From contig OX597821.1 of the NCBI GenBank assembly GCA_951406725.2, positions 682,001-746,000 on the forward strand: a stretch of 64,000 nt of DNA, given 5' to 3'. Position 1 is the first letter of the stretch. The number at the start of each line of letters is the position of its first letter. Source of the stretch: Octopus vulgaris (lineage: Eukaryota). Below, piece by piece: positions 10,579 to 25,372 of this stretch. A program made the position numbers and the translations under genes. The notes beneath the pieces are model-generated. The model saw nothing but the letters and a program-made list of their open reading frames with translations, did not search any database and was not told the origin of the DNA.

Positions 10579-11244
10579 ACATATATATATATACATACAT
10601 ACATACATATATATATACATACATATATGTATATATATACATATACATATATATATATACATATATATATATCCATATATACACATATATATATATACAC
10701 ACACATATATATATATCATCATCATACATACATATACATATATATATATATATATATACATATATGTACATTTATATATCTGGTGTCCAAGTATGGTTAG
10801 AGCCTCTGGCTAAAACCAATAAAAACCTATATAAGACTATACATATATATATTTGTGTGTGTGTGTGTATGTGTGTGTGTGTGTATGTTCGTCTGTGTGT
10901 CTTAATACATAGTGTGTTACACTGAGTTCTAAGATAATCTCAATCGTCAGTTATGTCTTCTGTAACAAATTGTAATAAGTAGAGTTTAAATCTGATTGTA
11001 AAATAAACAGAAATGCAAACCTACTCAGATTGATCTCCCCTTCTTTTCTACTTGTGGAGTATAGAAACCCAGAGACTAACTGCTTTGAGTACTCTTAATA
11101 ACAATGAGGCTGACGTTGTAGGCTTATTACAATTAGTACACTCTGCATTAATGAGTTTCAATATAACAAACTGTTTTGATCCATAAATATAACTCACAAT
11201 AAATGTGTTGAGTGCCCTTCTTTCATTTGTCTACTATTCGTATC

Positions 11245-11247
<3 letters not shown>

Positions 11248-11294
<47 letters not shown>

Positions 11295-11303
11295 TATACA
11301 TAC

Positions 11304-11334
<31 letters not shown>

Positions 11335-11383
11335 TACATATATATATATATATACACACATATACATACATATACACACATAT

Positions 11384-11424
<41 letters not shown>

Positions 11425-11443
11425 TTATATACATACATATATA

Positions 11444-11477
<34 letters not shown>

Positions 11478-11682
11478 CACACACACATATATATATATAC
11501 ATACATATACATATATATATACACACAGACATACATATACATATATATATATACACACATACATATACATATATATATATACACACACATACATATACAT
11601 ATATATATATACACACACATACATATACATATATATATATACACACACATGCATATATATATATATACGCACATACATATAC

Positions 11683-11713
<31 letters not shown>

Positions 11714-11900
11714 TATATATATATATACATATATTTATACATACATATACATACATATATGCATATATACATATACAAACATATATGCATATATACATAT
11801 ACACATATATATCTATATATACATACATATATACACATATATACATACATATGTATATATATATGTATATATATATATTTATACACATGCCATACATGCA
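11248..11900. repeat. Compound (TA)/(CA) microsatellite
   Basis: Directly visible. Confidence 0.95.
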
Positions 11901-12398
11901 TGTGTATGTTTGTAACGATAGCCTATGTTAGATAAAAAGGGTCAGGAATAAATAGAAATAAAAATACAGACGCAGACACATCCATATAGATGCACTAACT
12001 ATAATGATCTTAAACACACAAAAAGCAGTAGACACACACACTCACACACACACACACACACATTCACTCATAAACAAACATATGCATACAAAACGCCAGA
12101 GCCGCACACAAACAAAACAGTTACACATTAAATATAAGGAAATTAATACTGTAAACATTATGAAAAGAAATTGCTGGCTTTGATTGAATTTCATGTAGAG
12201 AAGGAAGAGGAGAAGGAAGAGGATAGGAGAGAAAGAGAGAGAGGTGAGAGACCATGCTGATATTGGAATTATCAGAAATACCTGCCCTAGAGGCGGTGTC
12301 AAAAGATGACTGGGGTGGGAGAGTGGCTAGATATTCTTGTTTCTTTGTCATTGATCAGAATAATACATTTTTGTTATGTTATACACACAGATGATGCA

Positions 12399-12472
<74 letters not shown>

Positions 12473-13974
12473 TATAGATATAGATATAGATATGCATATG
12501 TATGTATGTATCTATCTATCTATAAACACATACACACACATATACATATGTATATATAGGTTTCTTGATACAAACAGGAAAAATAGAACTCAATAGATAT
12601 ATACACACACTCACATCTTTTTATTCAGCTGTAAAGTTAGATAACTGACTCAAGGTCTAATAAATGCAACACATGAAACTCTTAGGTCTTGAGTGAATTA
12701 TCATAACTTTAGAGCTAAATTGATTTATATATATGTGTGTGTGTGTAGGTATATATATATACACCACACAAAAGGTATGCGTATTAATGTGTATGCATAT
12801 GTGTTTCAGCTGTTTCTGCTGACTTGACTGAACTAGCGTAAGGACCATACAGCAGGTGTTTGACAATAAATGTGGTAAATAGAGAAATATTTTAATTAAG
12901 GTGCAGCAACAACAGCAAGACAAATAGAAATATAAACCTCCAGAAAATTTCCACACACAAACACATACACAAACACAGACTAATATATTTATGCACGCAT
13001 ATACATAGACACACACACGAACGGTTGAATCCATAGAAGCGCATATACATGCACACAAACACAAGCATGGCCATACATACACCCCTGCATACACATAGGT
13101 ACATACATAAGCAAACATATGCACACACAATGTATGCTCTTGTGCTGACACAAATGCCCTGCACAAGAAGAATTGTGCAAAAGGATCACCTTTATACCCA
13201 TATTAACACACACACACACAGTTGCAAACACACACACTGGTCCTTATGCTTACAGAAACACGCTGTACAATGTGAATTTTGTGTGAGATCACATAACCCT
13301 TACACACACAGACATACAAATACAGACACACATATGTATAACTAAAGAAATGTACAAGAAATATAAATAAATTCCAATTAATGAATTAATTAGAATTTTC
13401 TTCTTCATTTCCAGCTAACTAAAATGTTGTGTATTATCTCAGTGAGGATGTTGGGATGTAGTAACGGAACGTCAAACGGGAATGATTACAGCCTAGTAAC
13501 GAACAGAGATCACTCTAGCAAGATAATCACGTTTGCAACACCACCACCACCAGCAGCAGCTTTTGCAGTCATACCTTTCTCTCTGAATAAACCCATACAC
13601 AAACACTCACATGTATGCACACCCAAGTAATACATATATATGTATGTAACATACACACACATGCATATATAAACAATCCTCATGCACACACTTATATAGA
13701 CTCCACTATGCACACTTATTTGTGTATTTCAAGTTTTCTTTTCATGCTATCATGGGTTTAGACAAACATGGTGTCAAGGTATTGTTTTACAGTCAGATGC
13801 CTTTCCTGTCTCTAACCTTTATCTGTTTTCCAAGTGAGGGAGTTTTTGTTCTCCTTGCCTTTGAACATGCACAGCTATGGGATGATTTGTTGACAAGAAA
13901 ATATCAATAAACATTACCATCTGAGGCTCTGGGATTTTTCAAGCTAAGCACAGAATGTAAACACTTACAAGCAT

Positions 13975-14141
13975 CTCTCTCTCTCTCTCTCTATCAATCT
14001 ATCTACATCTATCTGTCTATATCTATCTCTCTGTATGTATCTGTCTGTATCTGTCTGTATCTATCTGTCTATCTATATCTTTCTGTACCTATCTATCTAT
14101 CTATCTATCGATCTATCTATCTATCTATATATCTCTCTCTG

Positions 14142-14200
<59 letters not shown>

Positions 14201-14215
14201 ATCTCTCTCTCTCTG

Positions 14216-14252
<37 letters not shown>

Positions 14253-14293
14253 GTCTGTCTGTCTGTCTGTCTCTCTGTATCTATCTATCTATA

Positions 14294-14350
<57 letters not shown>

Positions 14351-14359
14351 CTCTCTCTG

Positions 14360-14415
<56 letters not shown>

Positions 14416-14465
14416 AATCTATCTATCTATCTATATCTCTCTCTCTGTATCTATCTATCTATCTA

Positions 14466-14496
<31 letters not shown>

Positions 14497-14497
14497 G

Positions 14498-14550
<53 letters not shown>

Positions 14551-14685
14551 GTCTGTCTGTCTGTCTGTCTCTCTGTATCTATCTATCTATATATCTATCT
14601 ATCTATCAATCTATCTATCAATCAATCTATCTAGCAATCTCATTATTTATCTATCTATCTATCTATCTATCTATCCTATCTATCT
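13975..14685. repeat. Long (TATC)n/(TGTC)n microsatellite
   Basis: Directly visible; no Tx1 insertion in this tract. Confidence 0.95.
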
Positions 14686-14816
14686 CCAATGGGCTTTATA
14701 CAAATGTTGGCAACAAAATTCATGCACAAGGCATTGGTTAGGCTGGAGCAGTAGCAGAAGATGCTCAAATTACTGTTCTACAGAACTGCAATGGCAAACA
14801 TGTGGTTGCAAAGCAA

Positions 14817-14862
<46 letters not shown>

Positions 14863-15777
14863 GCGCATGCGTAATGTGTAAGCAGATGAGAAAGAGGGAA
14901 ATCCCATACAACATGAACTGCAGGACATTGTCTTCATCAGCTGTCAATCACAGATCACAGTAATTTTGTTACCTTCCAACAGTATCACTCTCTTATTCTG
15001 TCCAGTGGCATTGAGCAGCGTTGATGCAACTAAGGAACATTTATATTTACTAGATATAGCCTGCTTTATTTCTTCCCTTTATCTAATTAGCAAACAAATA
15101 CTGTATGTTGTTGTAATCGCTCCATCCCAGTGGCAACGACTTTTGTCATCATAATAATTAATATCATTTCTATCAAAGGCAGATGGCCACAAATATTTGC
15201 ACTTAATGGGCCAATCAGAAAAACAAAAAGCAGTGAACTAATTTTGAACTGTTGACATATGCGCAAATTCTTTCTCAGGAATTTTTGGAAAAGAGACACT
15301 CATCATGTCTGATAAATGATAAATGGCAGTTTGTGAGTTGCTAACAAAGTTGTTAGGTTTTTGCTTCTTTTATTCAATTACTAAAAAATGTTCAATTCAT
15401 TAAGAATCTTTTCTCCATAGATCATTCAATAGATCCAAGAATTCTTTATGTGATGGAAGCAAACTCAGTAATGTGTATAACCATTGCTTTTTAATGAGCC
15501 ACGGAGCAAAGATAGGTTTTTTTTGCTCAGCTGAGAATTTGCAGTTTTTACTATAATTATCCCATAAATGTCTCTTCTCAATTAAAGGACACACAGAATC
15601 ATAACAACTGGCGTTGTTTACAGGCATATGTCTCCCCAGACAACTATTAGAAAGACGACATTTATCACAAGATTGGCAGGTATGTTTACTTTCAAGTGGC
15701 AATGAATATATTATTGACTAGCTTTGATTTGAGACCAGCTGCGGATAGACAAGCTCAGTTGCAAATTGAACATTTAA

Positions 15778-15954
15778 CCTTTACGTTATCATATTTCTGT
15801 TGAAACAAAATTAAATATAGAAATAACAAAGAATTTAGTAAAGTATCTTCGTTGTTATTAACTCAGGGATTGGGACAGGATAACGCATCAGTGGTTTAGA
15901 GCAGTGTGAGTAAACTAGAATTCTTTTTGATTGAGTAATCTGAAAGCTAAATGG
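15778..15954. mobile_element. Degenerate piggyBac-type MITE flanked by TTAA
   Basis: TTAA-CCTTTACG...GCTAAATGG-TTAA; the ends resemble the MITE ends at 57793, 63859 and 63958. Confidence 0.55.
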
Positions 15955-15994
15955 TTAATGTGATCCTCTTGGAAATATTGGGACATATTTTATA

Positions 15995-16414
15995 GGTGCA
16001 AGAGTGGCTGTGTGGTAAGTAGCTTGCTTACGAACCACTTGGTTCTGGGTTCAGTCCCACTGCGTGGCACCTTGGGCAAGTGTCTTCTACTATAGCCTCG
16101 GGCCGACCAAAGCCTTGTGAGTGGATTTGGTAGATGGAAACTGAAAGAAGCCTGTCGTATATATATGTATATATGTGTATATATATGTATGTGTGTGTGT
16201 ATATGTTTGTGTGTCTATGTTTGTTCCCCCAACATCACTTGACAACCGATGTTGGTGTATTTATGTTCCTGTAACTTAGTGGTTCGGTAAAAGAAACCAA
16301 TAGAATAAGTATTAGGCTTATAAAGAATAAGTCCTGGGGTCGATCTGCTCCACTAAAGGCAGTGCTCCAACATGGCCACAGTGAAATGACTGAAACAAGT
16401 AAAAGAGTAAAAGA
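15995..16414 (+). mobile_element. SINE family B, full length
   Basis: A and B boxes, internal (TA/TG) microsatellite, gtaaaaga-type tail repeats. Confidence 0.85.
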
Positions 16415-16716
16415 CATACCGAGTATATATTTCTCCCATGATGCCAACTGGATCTTTTCCCAACTCTCTATGTAAGTATTATCTTTTTCAGATCAGACTT
16501 AGGACAGTCTTTCTATCTTAACTTTGGTTTGGGAGGAGGGTTTTTTGTCCCCCTGAAAAACATAGTTTTTTCATTTAGAAGATGCTTCGGAATTTTTCCA
16601 TTTTCCATAGCAACTATATGATCTGACCCCCCCCACCACCACACCTCAGTTTGCTATGTTGTCTATGATAAAATGTCCCTCATGCAACATTGTTTCAATA
16701 TTTAATTCAAAGGTAA

Positions 16717-16915
16717 GGTAGCAAGCTGGCAGAATCATAACCTAATCAGACAAAATGCTTAGTGGTATTTCATCTGTCTCTATGTCCTGAATTCAAATTT
16801 TGCCTTTCATCCTTTGGGGTTGATAAAATAGCTACCAGTTGAGTACTGGAATAGATATAATTAACTTACCCCATCACCTGAAAACGCTGGCCTTGTGCTA
16901 AAATTTGAACCCAAT
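16717..16915 (+). mobile_element. SINE family C copy
   Basis: Similar to the copies at 5642-6375. Confidence 0.7.
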
Positions 16916-17042
16916 ATTTAAATCAAAGGTGTCTATGGAAGAACCTAGTGTTAAGATATATTAGCAAACTGGTATTTGGAATCTAATAAAAAAAAAGGGA
17001 ATTTTATTCCTAGAATTTTTAGAAATTTATTTTACAAGCAAA

Positions 17043-17444
17043 GGCATAGCTGTGTGGTTAAGAAGGTTGCTTTGCAGCCAAAAAGTTCTGGGTTCATTTC
17101 CACTGTACAACCCCTTGGGTAAGTATCTACTATAGCCAATGCCTTATAAGTGAATTTGGTAGGTGGAAACTAGGTGGAAACTGTATGGAAGCCTGTTGTG
17201 AGTGAGTGTGTGTACATACATGTGTGTGTGTGTATACATACGAGTGTGTGTGTGTGTATATACTCAGTTGACGTGTGTGTGTGTGCATCTTTGTGTTTAA
17301 CGTCCCCACTTGACAACCAGTGTTGGTATATTTACATTCCCCATAATTTCATAGTTTGGCAAAAGAGCCCCATAGAATAGTCCCTATAAGGCAGTGCTCC
17401 AGCATGACCAAAGTCCAATGGTTAATACAAGTAAAAAGATAAAA
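17043..17444 (+). mobile_element. SINE family B (diverged)
   Basis: Head and tail motifs recognisable. Confidence 0.7.
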
Positions 17445-17499
17445 GATTGGTTAAAACACACATCTTCAGATGTTGAGTCTGATGGAGGCAATGTCACGT

Positions 17500-17780
17500 G
17501 ACAGACTTTTAGCAATATTCTATGCTTGAGAAGACATGTCAGGCTAAGAGGAATCATAGTGGTGGCCAGTGTTGGGGACACATGAGAGTTACCCATGCCA
17601 GTGACATGCAAAAGGCACCAGATACACTCTGTGGAGTGGTTGGTATCAGGAAGGGCATCTGACCATAGAAACCAAGCCAACGTCATACTGGAGCCTGGTG
17701 CAGCTCTCCTGTTTACCGGTAGCAATCAAACTGTCTAACCCATGCCAACATGAAAGATGGATAGTAAATGATGATATTGA
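17500..17780 (+). mobile_element. SINE-like family A (diverged)
   Basis: ggagtggttggtatcaggaagggcatc...aacccatgccaacatg. Confidence 0.7.
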
Positions 17781-17906
17781 TGTAGGTAGTGGTGAATTTA
17801 ATTATGAAAATGATCACAGAATGATGACATTAAATATGAATGTACTGTATCATGTGATATCTGTTTTATCACACGGTCAGTATAGATCAGATATTAATTG
17901 TACGAA

Positions 17907-18110
17907 GGCTGCGAGCTGGCAGAATTGTTATCATGTTGGGTGAAATGCTTAAAGGCAGTTCTTCCAGTCCTTTACATCTTGAGCTTAAATCCCTGTTTAG
18001 GGTACTTTAGCCTTTCATCTCTTCAGGGTCAATAAAAGTATCAATGAAATGCAGGTTGTGGGGGTGACAGAAACGACATGCACCTTCTCTCAAAATTGCT
18101 GACCTTGAAT
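17907..18110 (+). mobile_element. SINE family C (diverged)
   Basis: ggctgcgagctggcagaattgtta...gcctttcatctcttcagggtcaataaa. Confidence 0.6.
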
Positions 18111-19949
18111 CTATCAGTGGCCTGGCAACCTGTTTAGGAGAATATTGTGATCTCGTCCATTTATATGTCATGAAAACTGGGTAAACTGGCCTTCGGAGTC
18201 TCGGTGCTCAAGGAAAAGAAAAAAGGAAAAATTTATTGTGTGTTGTTTTGATGAATGGAATAATAGGCAGAAAATAAGAAAAAAACAAAACAAGAAAAAA
18301 ACCCCAGAAGTATAGAATACTATTCAAAACTGATGTCTTCCAGAAGAGTAAATGTGTTTAGAAATATAAATGGAATATGGTTGTGTAGAATAGCAGAAAT
18401 GAGAGGCAATGGAATGTTAAGTTAAAGATTTAAAAAAAAAAATTTGTTTTAGAAGATGTGAGAGATGATGTATGTAGGAATATAGAAATAATATAGAATG
18501 GAAGAAATGAAGCGATGGAATGGCTAGATGATGGTGTTGTTGCAAAGAGTGAATAGAGTTTGGTGGGGGGGGGGGGGAAAGAAGAAAGGAATGCAGGAAG
18601 GAGAAGAAAGATGCAAAAACTGCATCTGGGTGTGTGGCTGTTTGTGTGTGATTTTGAGTAATTTATTAGCAAAGGGATGTTATCTATTTCTTTGTCCATT
18701 CACTCATCTTTCTTCATCACCACCATATCCATCATTATCATCACCACTACCATCAACATCACCACCATCATCATCCTGACTAAAAAATATAGCAACAACA
18801 ACAACAACAGTACCACATTATTATCATCTAGACTAACAACACTAACATTACAACACCATCATACTATTCTCATAGCATGAGGACACCACCACCACCACCA
18901 CCACCACCCACCACCACCACCACCACCACCACCACCCACCACACCACCACCACCACCACCACCACCACCACAACCACCACCACCACCACCACCACCACCA
19001 CCACCACCACCACCACCACCACCTCTATGATTACTCGTTACTCTCATCACTAACACCACCTCGGTTACCTTCCCCTACCAATGAACCAACAAGACAGCAT
19101 CGATAGTTTTTCAACCTGCTAGAAATAACAGTCAAATTTTCCTCAAATTATGCCCTACCATTTTAATACAGAAGGGAACTTTAGCTAATGTGCCCCACCA
19201 GCCCACTATTTATATATAAGGATGGTTAAGACTGGAAGAGAGAGGGGAGAGAGGGGGTGAAAGAGGGGGAGGGAGATAGTGGTGTTGAGAGAGAACTGGA
19301 AGGTAGAAGAGGGGATGGTGAAAGGGAAGGTAATGTTTATTTCTTTTGGGAGGGGAGGGGGGGGTCTCAAACATGGTGTGGCATTTTGATTTATTCAGCA
19401 TGCTTGAGTGCATGCACACTTGTGCATGTGGCTCATTGTTGAATGCACCACAATCAGTATATCTTTGCATATTTTGGCAGAACACTTGGTTCCTGTAGGG
19501 TCAGCTGCTTTAATATACATTTGATGGCCTTTTAGATAGGAGGAGAGAGAGAGAGAGAAAAACCTTATGTCCCAAAATTTAGATGGTAATAAAGATGTTT
19601 CTTGTTGAGTTCCGCGTCTCTGTTTTTCTGTTGTAAAAAAATGGCTTTCCCGTTTTCGTTTCTCGTTGAGTTCTACATCTAGTTGTGGTGTCCTGTACTC
19701 ACGTATATATATTTATATATGCATGTATATATACATGTAGGTACGTACATATATGTTTGTTTGTAATCATATATTTTTACACTATATATATATATATATA
19801 TAAATTAGAGAAAAACCACTATTATGTAATTCAAACAATGATAGACATAAACCAAATATATTATATATATTATATATTCATATTGTGAAATTTGATTTAA
19901 TACTAAATTGAATTTTTCCCTGTAAGTTTGGAGTTATACTCCCTAATAT

Positions 19950-20001
<52 letters not shown>

Positions 20002-20176
20002 TACCACTACCTCCTCCACTCCATCATCTCCTATATCAAAGATGTTTGTTCAATAAACAGATGCTTCTGGAACATTGTGTGTGTTTGGGTGTATGTATGT
20101 GTGTCCTATCTGATCCTCAGCATGTATGTGTGTGTGTCTGTATGCATACATATATGTATGTATGTATGTATGTATG

Positions 20177-20207
<31 letters not shown>

Positions 20208-20249
20208 CATGCAGTTGAATGTGCGTATGTGTGTGTATATCACAGTCGT

Positions 20250-20881
20250 GGCAGATACCAGTGTCACACAAATTGGCACCTGTGCTGCTGGCACGTAAAA
20301 GCACCCTAGTGTCGCGCAAATGACATCCATGTCAGTGGCAAGTAAAAGCACCCATTAGACTCTCAGGGTGGTTGGCGTTAAGGAGGGCAAGCAACCACAG
20401 AAAACCATGCCAAATCAGACTGGAGTCTGGTGCAGCGTTCCTGCATATGCCAGCTCCTGTCAAACTGTCCAACCCATGCCAGCATGGACAACAGACATTA
20501 AATAATGAGGATGATGATGATAATGATGCAGGTGAGGATGTGTGGTAAGAAGCTTCTTTCCTAACCACATGGTTCTAGATTCAAGTTCCACTACATGGCA
20601 CCTTGGTAAAGTGTCTTTTACTATAGCCCCAGGCTGACCGAAACCTTGTGAGTGGATTTGGTAGATGGAAATTGAAAGAAGCCCATCATATATATATCTG
20701 TGTGTGTGTGTGTGTCCCCTCCATTGCTTGACAATTGGTGTTGGTGTGTTTACATTCCTGTAACTTGGTGGTTCAGCAAAAGAGACCAATAGAACAAATA
20801 CCAGGCTTTAAAAAAGGTATTAGGGTTGATTCATCTGGCTATAAAAAGAATTCTTCAGTGTAGTGCCCCAGCATGGCCGCT
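20250..20881 (+). mobile_element. Family A copy (~20250-20527) followed directly by a family B copy (~20528-20881)
   Basis: Both diagnostic cores present in tandem. Confidence 0.7.
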
Positions 20882-20989
20882 AGTGACCTATATTATTGTT
20901 GTTGTTATTATCAATTTATATTTACTGTAAATAGTAGTAACAATAATAATAATGTTTTTATAAATATTTGCTTTTGAATATTCCCTCCT

Positions 20990-21332
20990 TATTACCTCCT
21001 CCTTCACTAAGGCAGAGGCATTGTTTCAGTCATGTTTGTTTGTTTGTTTGTCCTTGGACAAGATATCTCAAGAACTGCTGCATGGATTCTGATGAAATTT
21101 CCAGGAATGTTTGGCCTCATAACTGGCACAAACTGATTAGATTTTGGGATCGATCTGATACCAGACAAGGATTCTGGATTACTTTTCCTGTTTTTTTACT
21201 TAATTTTTGAGAGTGGTTGAGTTTTGGTATTTTCATTTGTGAGAGCAGTCGAGTTTATTTCAGATATTCATATTTTAAAAATTATTTCTGGGTAATCGTT
21301 GAGAGGACGTTGGTGTTGAATTGGTGGAGGCA
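20990..21332 (+). mobile_element. Helentron/DINE-1-like non-autonomous element
   Basis: Starts ttattacctcc(g)cct..aaggcagagg (short inverted repeat), then a (GTTT)n microsatellite and gatatctc..ggatt..gatgaaatt, and ends in a ggtggagg subterminal repeat. Confidence 0.6.
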
Positions 21333-21975
21333 TGATAAAAATGAATGATAAAAATAAGTACTCAATACCACATTGGTGGATATGATTTCTTTATTTGTGA
21401 ATTAAGGCTACCATTAGTTTCATGTAGGTAGGAAAATATCCCAGTGTCTTAACAATTTTTCAAGCTGATCACATGGAGAAAAAGTGTTTGCCTCTATTTT
21501 ATACATATACTTTAAATACACAAGTGTGCGTACATTTAAAGGTAGTAGAATGATGGCACAAACAAGACAGCTATTTGTATTGAGACTGATCCAGTCCAAA
21601 ATAAAATCAAGCATTAATGAAGGTAGCAATGGCTTGTTAGAAGTGACAGAACACTGGACAATGTTGTAGTGGATTGATAAACTTAGTGGAGCAATGGACA
21701 AAATGCCCTGCTTTATATTTGCTTCTATCTCCTCCTTATATTCTGAGTTGAAATCTTGCTCAGGTTAATTTTGCTTTTCATTCCTTTTGGAGGGGATCAA
21801 TAAAATAAAGTACTTGTCAGTTATTGGGGTCAGTGTAATCAATTGTCCCCTTCTCCCAAATTTCAAGCCTTGTGCAGCATTTTGTTTGTCTTTACTATCT
21901 GGGTTCAAATTCTGCTGAATTTGCCTTTTATCCTTTTGGGGTCATCCCTCCTCTGAAATTGCTGGCCTTATACCG

Positions 21976-22023
<48 letters not shown>

Positions 22024-23612
22024 TGCTCCCTGTGGTTTATAAATCAGATATTTCATTTGTATTTTTATCTTGGCTACAATCTTTCTTTTGCCTTTAGGTT
22101 TATTTATTGAAATATAAAATACACATGTGTGTGTGTGTGTGCGTGTGTGTGTGTATAAGTATATGAGTGAGTGTATGTATAGTTTTAATCTTATAATTAG
22201 TTAAATGTGAACCTCCTGCTTGGCTTTCCTTAAATGAGACTGACAACCAATGATAAACGAGTGCAACCCTCTCCTCAAGATTGTAAAGAACAGTAGAGGT
22301 GGTGGCGGTGGCGGGGGGGAGGCTGATTTAAGGGTGAGGACTGATTAGAGGGAGTTGTGAAGAATGATGAAGAGAAGGTAGAGAAAGGGAGAGACAGAAA
22401 CAGGAAACAGAAAGAGGGAGGGTTGGCTGTTTTTACTGGCTTCCAGAGTTGTAATTTATTATTTTGTAAATTGCTACGATGCATGTTGTGTGTGTGTGTG
22501 TGTGTGTGCATAATTGTGCATATGTATGTGTATCTATGCAATAGCTGTCATGGTTATTTGTATGTGTGTGTGTGTGTATTTGTTTCAGTGTGTCTTTTTG
22601 TGGCAGTATATGTGTATTTGTATATGTATGTTTTTATGTAGTTATCTATAAATGCATGAGTATGCATATATTTATATCTATTTATGCACAAACACACACA
22701 CATCTGTATGTGTATTTAAGTGTTGGTATATGTATACATTCAGATATACATACATACATACACACATACACACACATCTCTACATGTATTCAAATGTTGG
22801 TACATATCCATATCTACATGCATACATACATACACACATATACTTTTATATTTTGGTATGAACTTTTGCATGTTGCACTCTCAGACAGGTGAGAGAGATG
22901 TGGTCAATGCCCAACCTAAACATCTGCAGGTTAAGGTTAATGTCTATAGGCAAGATGCAAGCAGAGAAAGAACCGGATGTTTGGTATAAATTCCTGTAGC
23001 AGATAGAACTTTGAAAAGAGAAAAAAAACAGCAGCCGAAGACCATGTGTGGTTGTTGTTAAACCAGGAACTGCGTAAGCCCCACACGCTCACAGACGGAT
23101 ATGTTTACATACATGCATGCTGACATACATACGTACTTGTTATTACATACATATGTACTCTTTATTACATACACATGTACTCTTTATTACATACATATGT
23201 ACTCTTTATATGTACTCTTTATTATATACATATGCACGTTCTAATTAAATTAAATGTGTATTTGTCAAGAAATAATGTCTGACAGAAGGAAGCGTACACA
23301 ATTGTAGTCATCTTTATAAAGTGGGAAAGAAGCAAGCTCAAAGTTTGCCAGCAAAAAACTTTTATATGGATAGTGGCTTTTTTTTATTCTGTATGGTATA
23401 TATTTGAATTTATATATAAATATATATATGTATATACACACACAGACACATCTGCATACATGCAGGTATACATACATATAAATATTATATATATATATAT
23501 TATATATAAACATTATAATATATCCACATATGCATACATGCAGATATACATACATAAAAACATATGTATGTATATATATTTGTGTATATATATATATGTA
23601 TATTTTATTATT

Positions 23613-23916
23613 TATGCGCCCTTTTCAAGCCTAGCCAGGCTCAAGGGCCCAGTTTCCCAGTTTCTGTGGCGTATGTGTTCCCCCCAGCTGGACGGTATGC
23701 CAGTCCATCGCAGCGTTACTCAAAAAAACAGGAACAAAGAGTAAGAGAAAGTTAGGGCAAGAAGTACAACAGGGCTCGCCACCACCCCCTGCTGGAGCCT
23801 TGTGGAGCTTTAGTTGTTTTCACTCAATAAACACACACAACGCCCAGTCTGGGAATCAAAATCGCAATCCTCTGACCACGAGTCCACTGCCCTAACCACT
23901 GGGCCATTGCGCCTCC
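23613..23916 (-). mobile_element. SINE family D copy
   Basis: Head near-identical to 10430-10578; different 3' half. Confidence 0.8.
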
Positions 23917-23934
23917 ACATATATTCTATAGTTA

Positions 23935-24070
23935 AATTAAATAAATGAACATTAAAAATAACAATAACAAACAAGAGGATGTGCACATGGCATTTTTGGT
24001 TTGATGCTCAGTAAATAGAGGGAGTTTTCGATGTTTTAAGCATAGCTCTTCATTGGAAAGGAAAAAAAAG
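23935..24070 (-). mobile_element. Penelope-like terminal fragment with decayed hammerhead (24025-24060)
   Basis: Reverse complement CUUU-CCAAUGA-A-GAGCUAUGCU-UAAAACAUC-GAAAA; homologous to 3326-3445. Confidence 0.6.
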
Positions 24071-24072
24071 GC

Positions 24073-24137
<65 letters not shown>

Positions 24138-24522
24138 CATACATACGTACATACATGCATCATCATCATCATTATCATTTAATGTCTGTTTTCCATGGTG
24201 GCATGGGATGGGGGACAGTTTGACAGAGGGTGGCAGGGTTTCTATGGCTGGGTGCCCTTCCTAATGCCAACCACTTTACAGATATGAGTGCTTTTTATGT
24301 GGCACCAACATCCATGCAAGATTAGGATCCCTCTGCTGAAGAGGAATGTAGGGGACATGCCTGTATGCATGGAGAACCACAATTTTACTTAGCTGAACAT
24401 TTCTTCTCAAGCACAGACCTTAATACTTGAGGGATGGTCACCACTGGAATATTTTTATCATAGGTCTCCTCAGAGCTAATCTAGTGCTAAACAACAATAC
24501 TGTGAACCTACTGAGTATGTGC

Positions 24523-24562
<40 letters not shown>

Positions 24563-24567
24563 ATGTC

Positions 24568-24965
24568 TTTACTCTTTTACTCTTTTACTTGCTTCAGTCA
24601 TTTGACTGTGGCCATGCTGGAGCACCACCTTTAGTCGAGCAAATTAACCCCAGGACTTCTTCTTTGTAAGCCTAGTACTTATTCTATCTGTCTTTTTTGC
24701 CGAACTGCTAAGTTACAGGGATGTAAACACACCAGCATCGGTTCTCAAGCAATGCTAGGGGGACAAACACAGACACACAAACATATGCACACACACATAC
24801 ATACATATATACACACATATATACATATATACGATGGGCTTCTTTCAGTTTCTATCTACCAAAACCACTCACAAGGCTTTGGTCGACCCAAGGTGCCACA
24901 CAGTGAGACTGAACCTGGAACTATGTAGTTCATAAGCAAGTTACCACACAGCCACTCCTGCGCCT
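24568..24965 (-). mobile_element. SINE family B
   Basis: Head and tail present on the minus strand. Confidence 0.85.
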
Positions 24966-25330
24966 ATGTCTGTGTATGCATGTCTACATGTATATGTCCA
25001 TGTATATTAGACATATACAGAGTGATGCACACATGCTGTATGTATGTATGTGTATGTGTATGTATGTACATGTGTGTGTATATGTATGTGTATGTATGTA
25101 CATGTGTGTGTGTATATGTATATGTATGTGTATGTATGTACAGGTGTGTGTGTATATGTATTTATATGCGTATGTATGTACATGTGTGTATGTATGTGTG
25201 TATCGATGCATGTGTGTGCATGTATGTCTGTGTGTGTCCATCTTCGTACATCTGTGTGTGTGTGTGTATCTATACGTCTGTGTATGCATATTTACATATG
25301 TGTGTATATGTGTATGTGTATGTGTATATT

Positions 25331-25372
<42 letters not shown>

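Noticed and set aside
10911-10960. Minus-strand CUGACGA-hairpin-GAAC motif
   Set aside because: One core A missing, no valid cleavage triplet and no stem I; at most a decayed relic.
9596-11931. Many overlapping YI/HT/VC-repeat ORFs, here and throughout the window
   Set aside because: Translations of (TA)n/(CA)n microsatellites.
12283-12300. CTCF-like motif ctgccctagaggcggtg
   Set aside because: Spacing does not fit the consensus; a single weak match.
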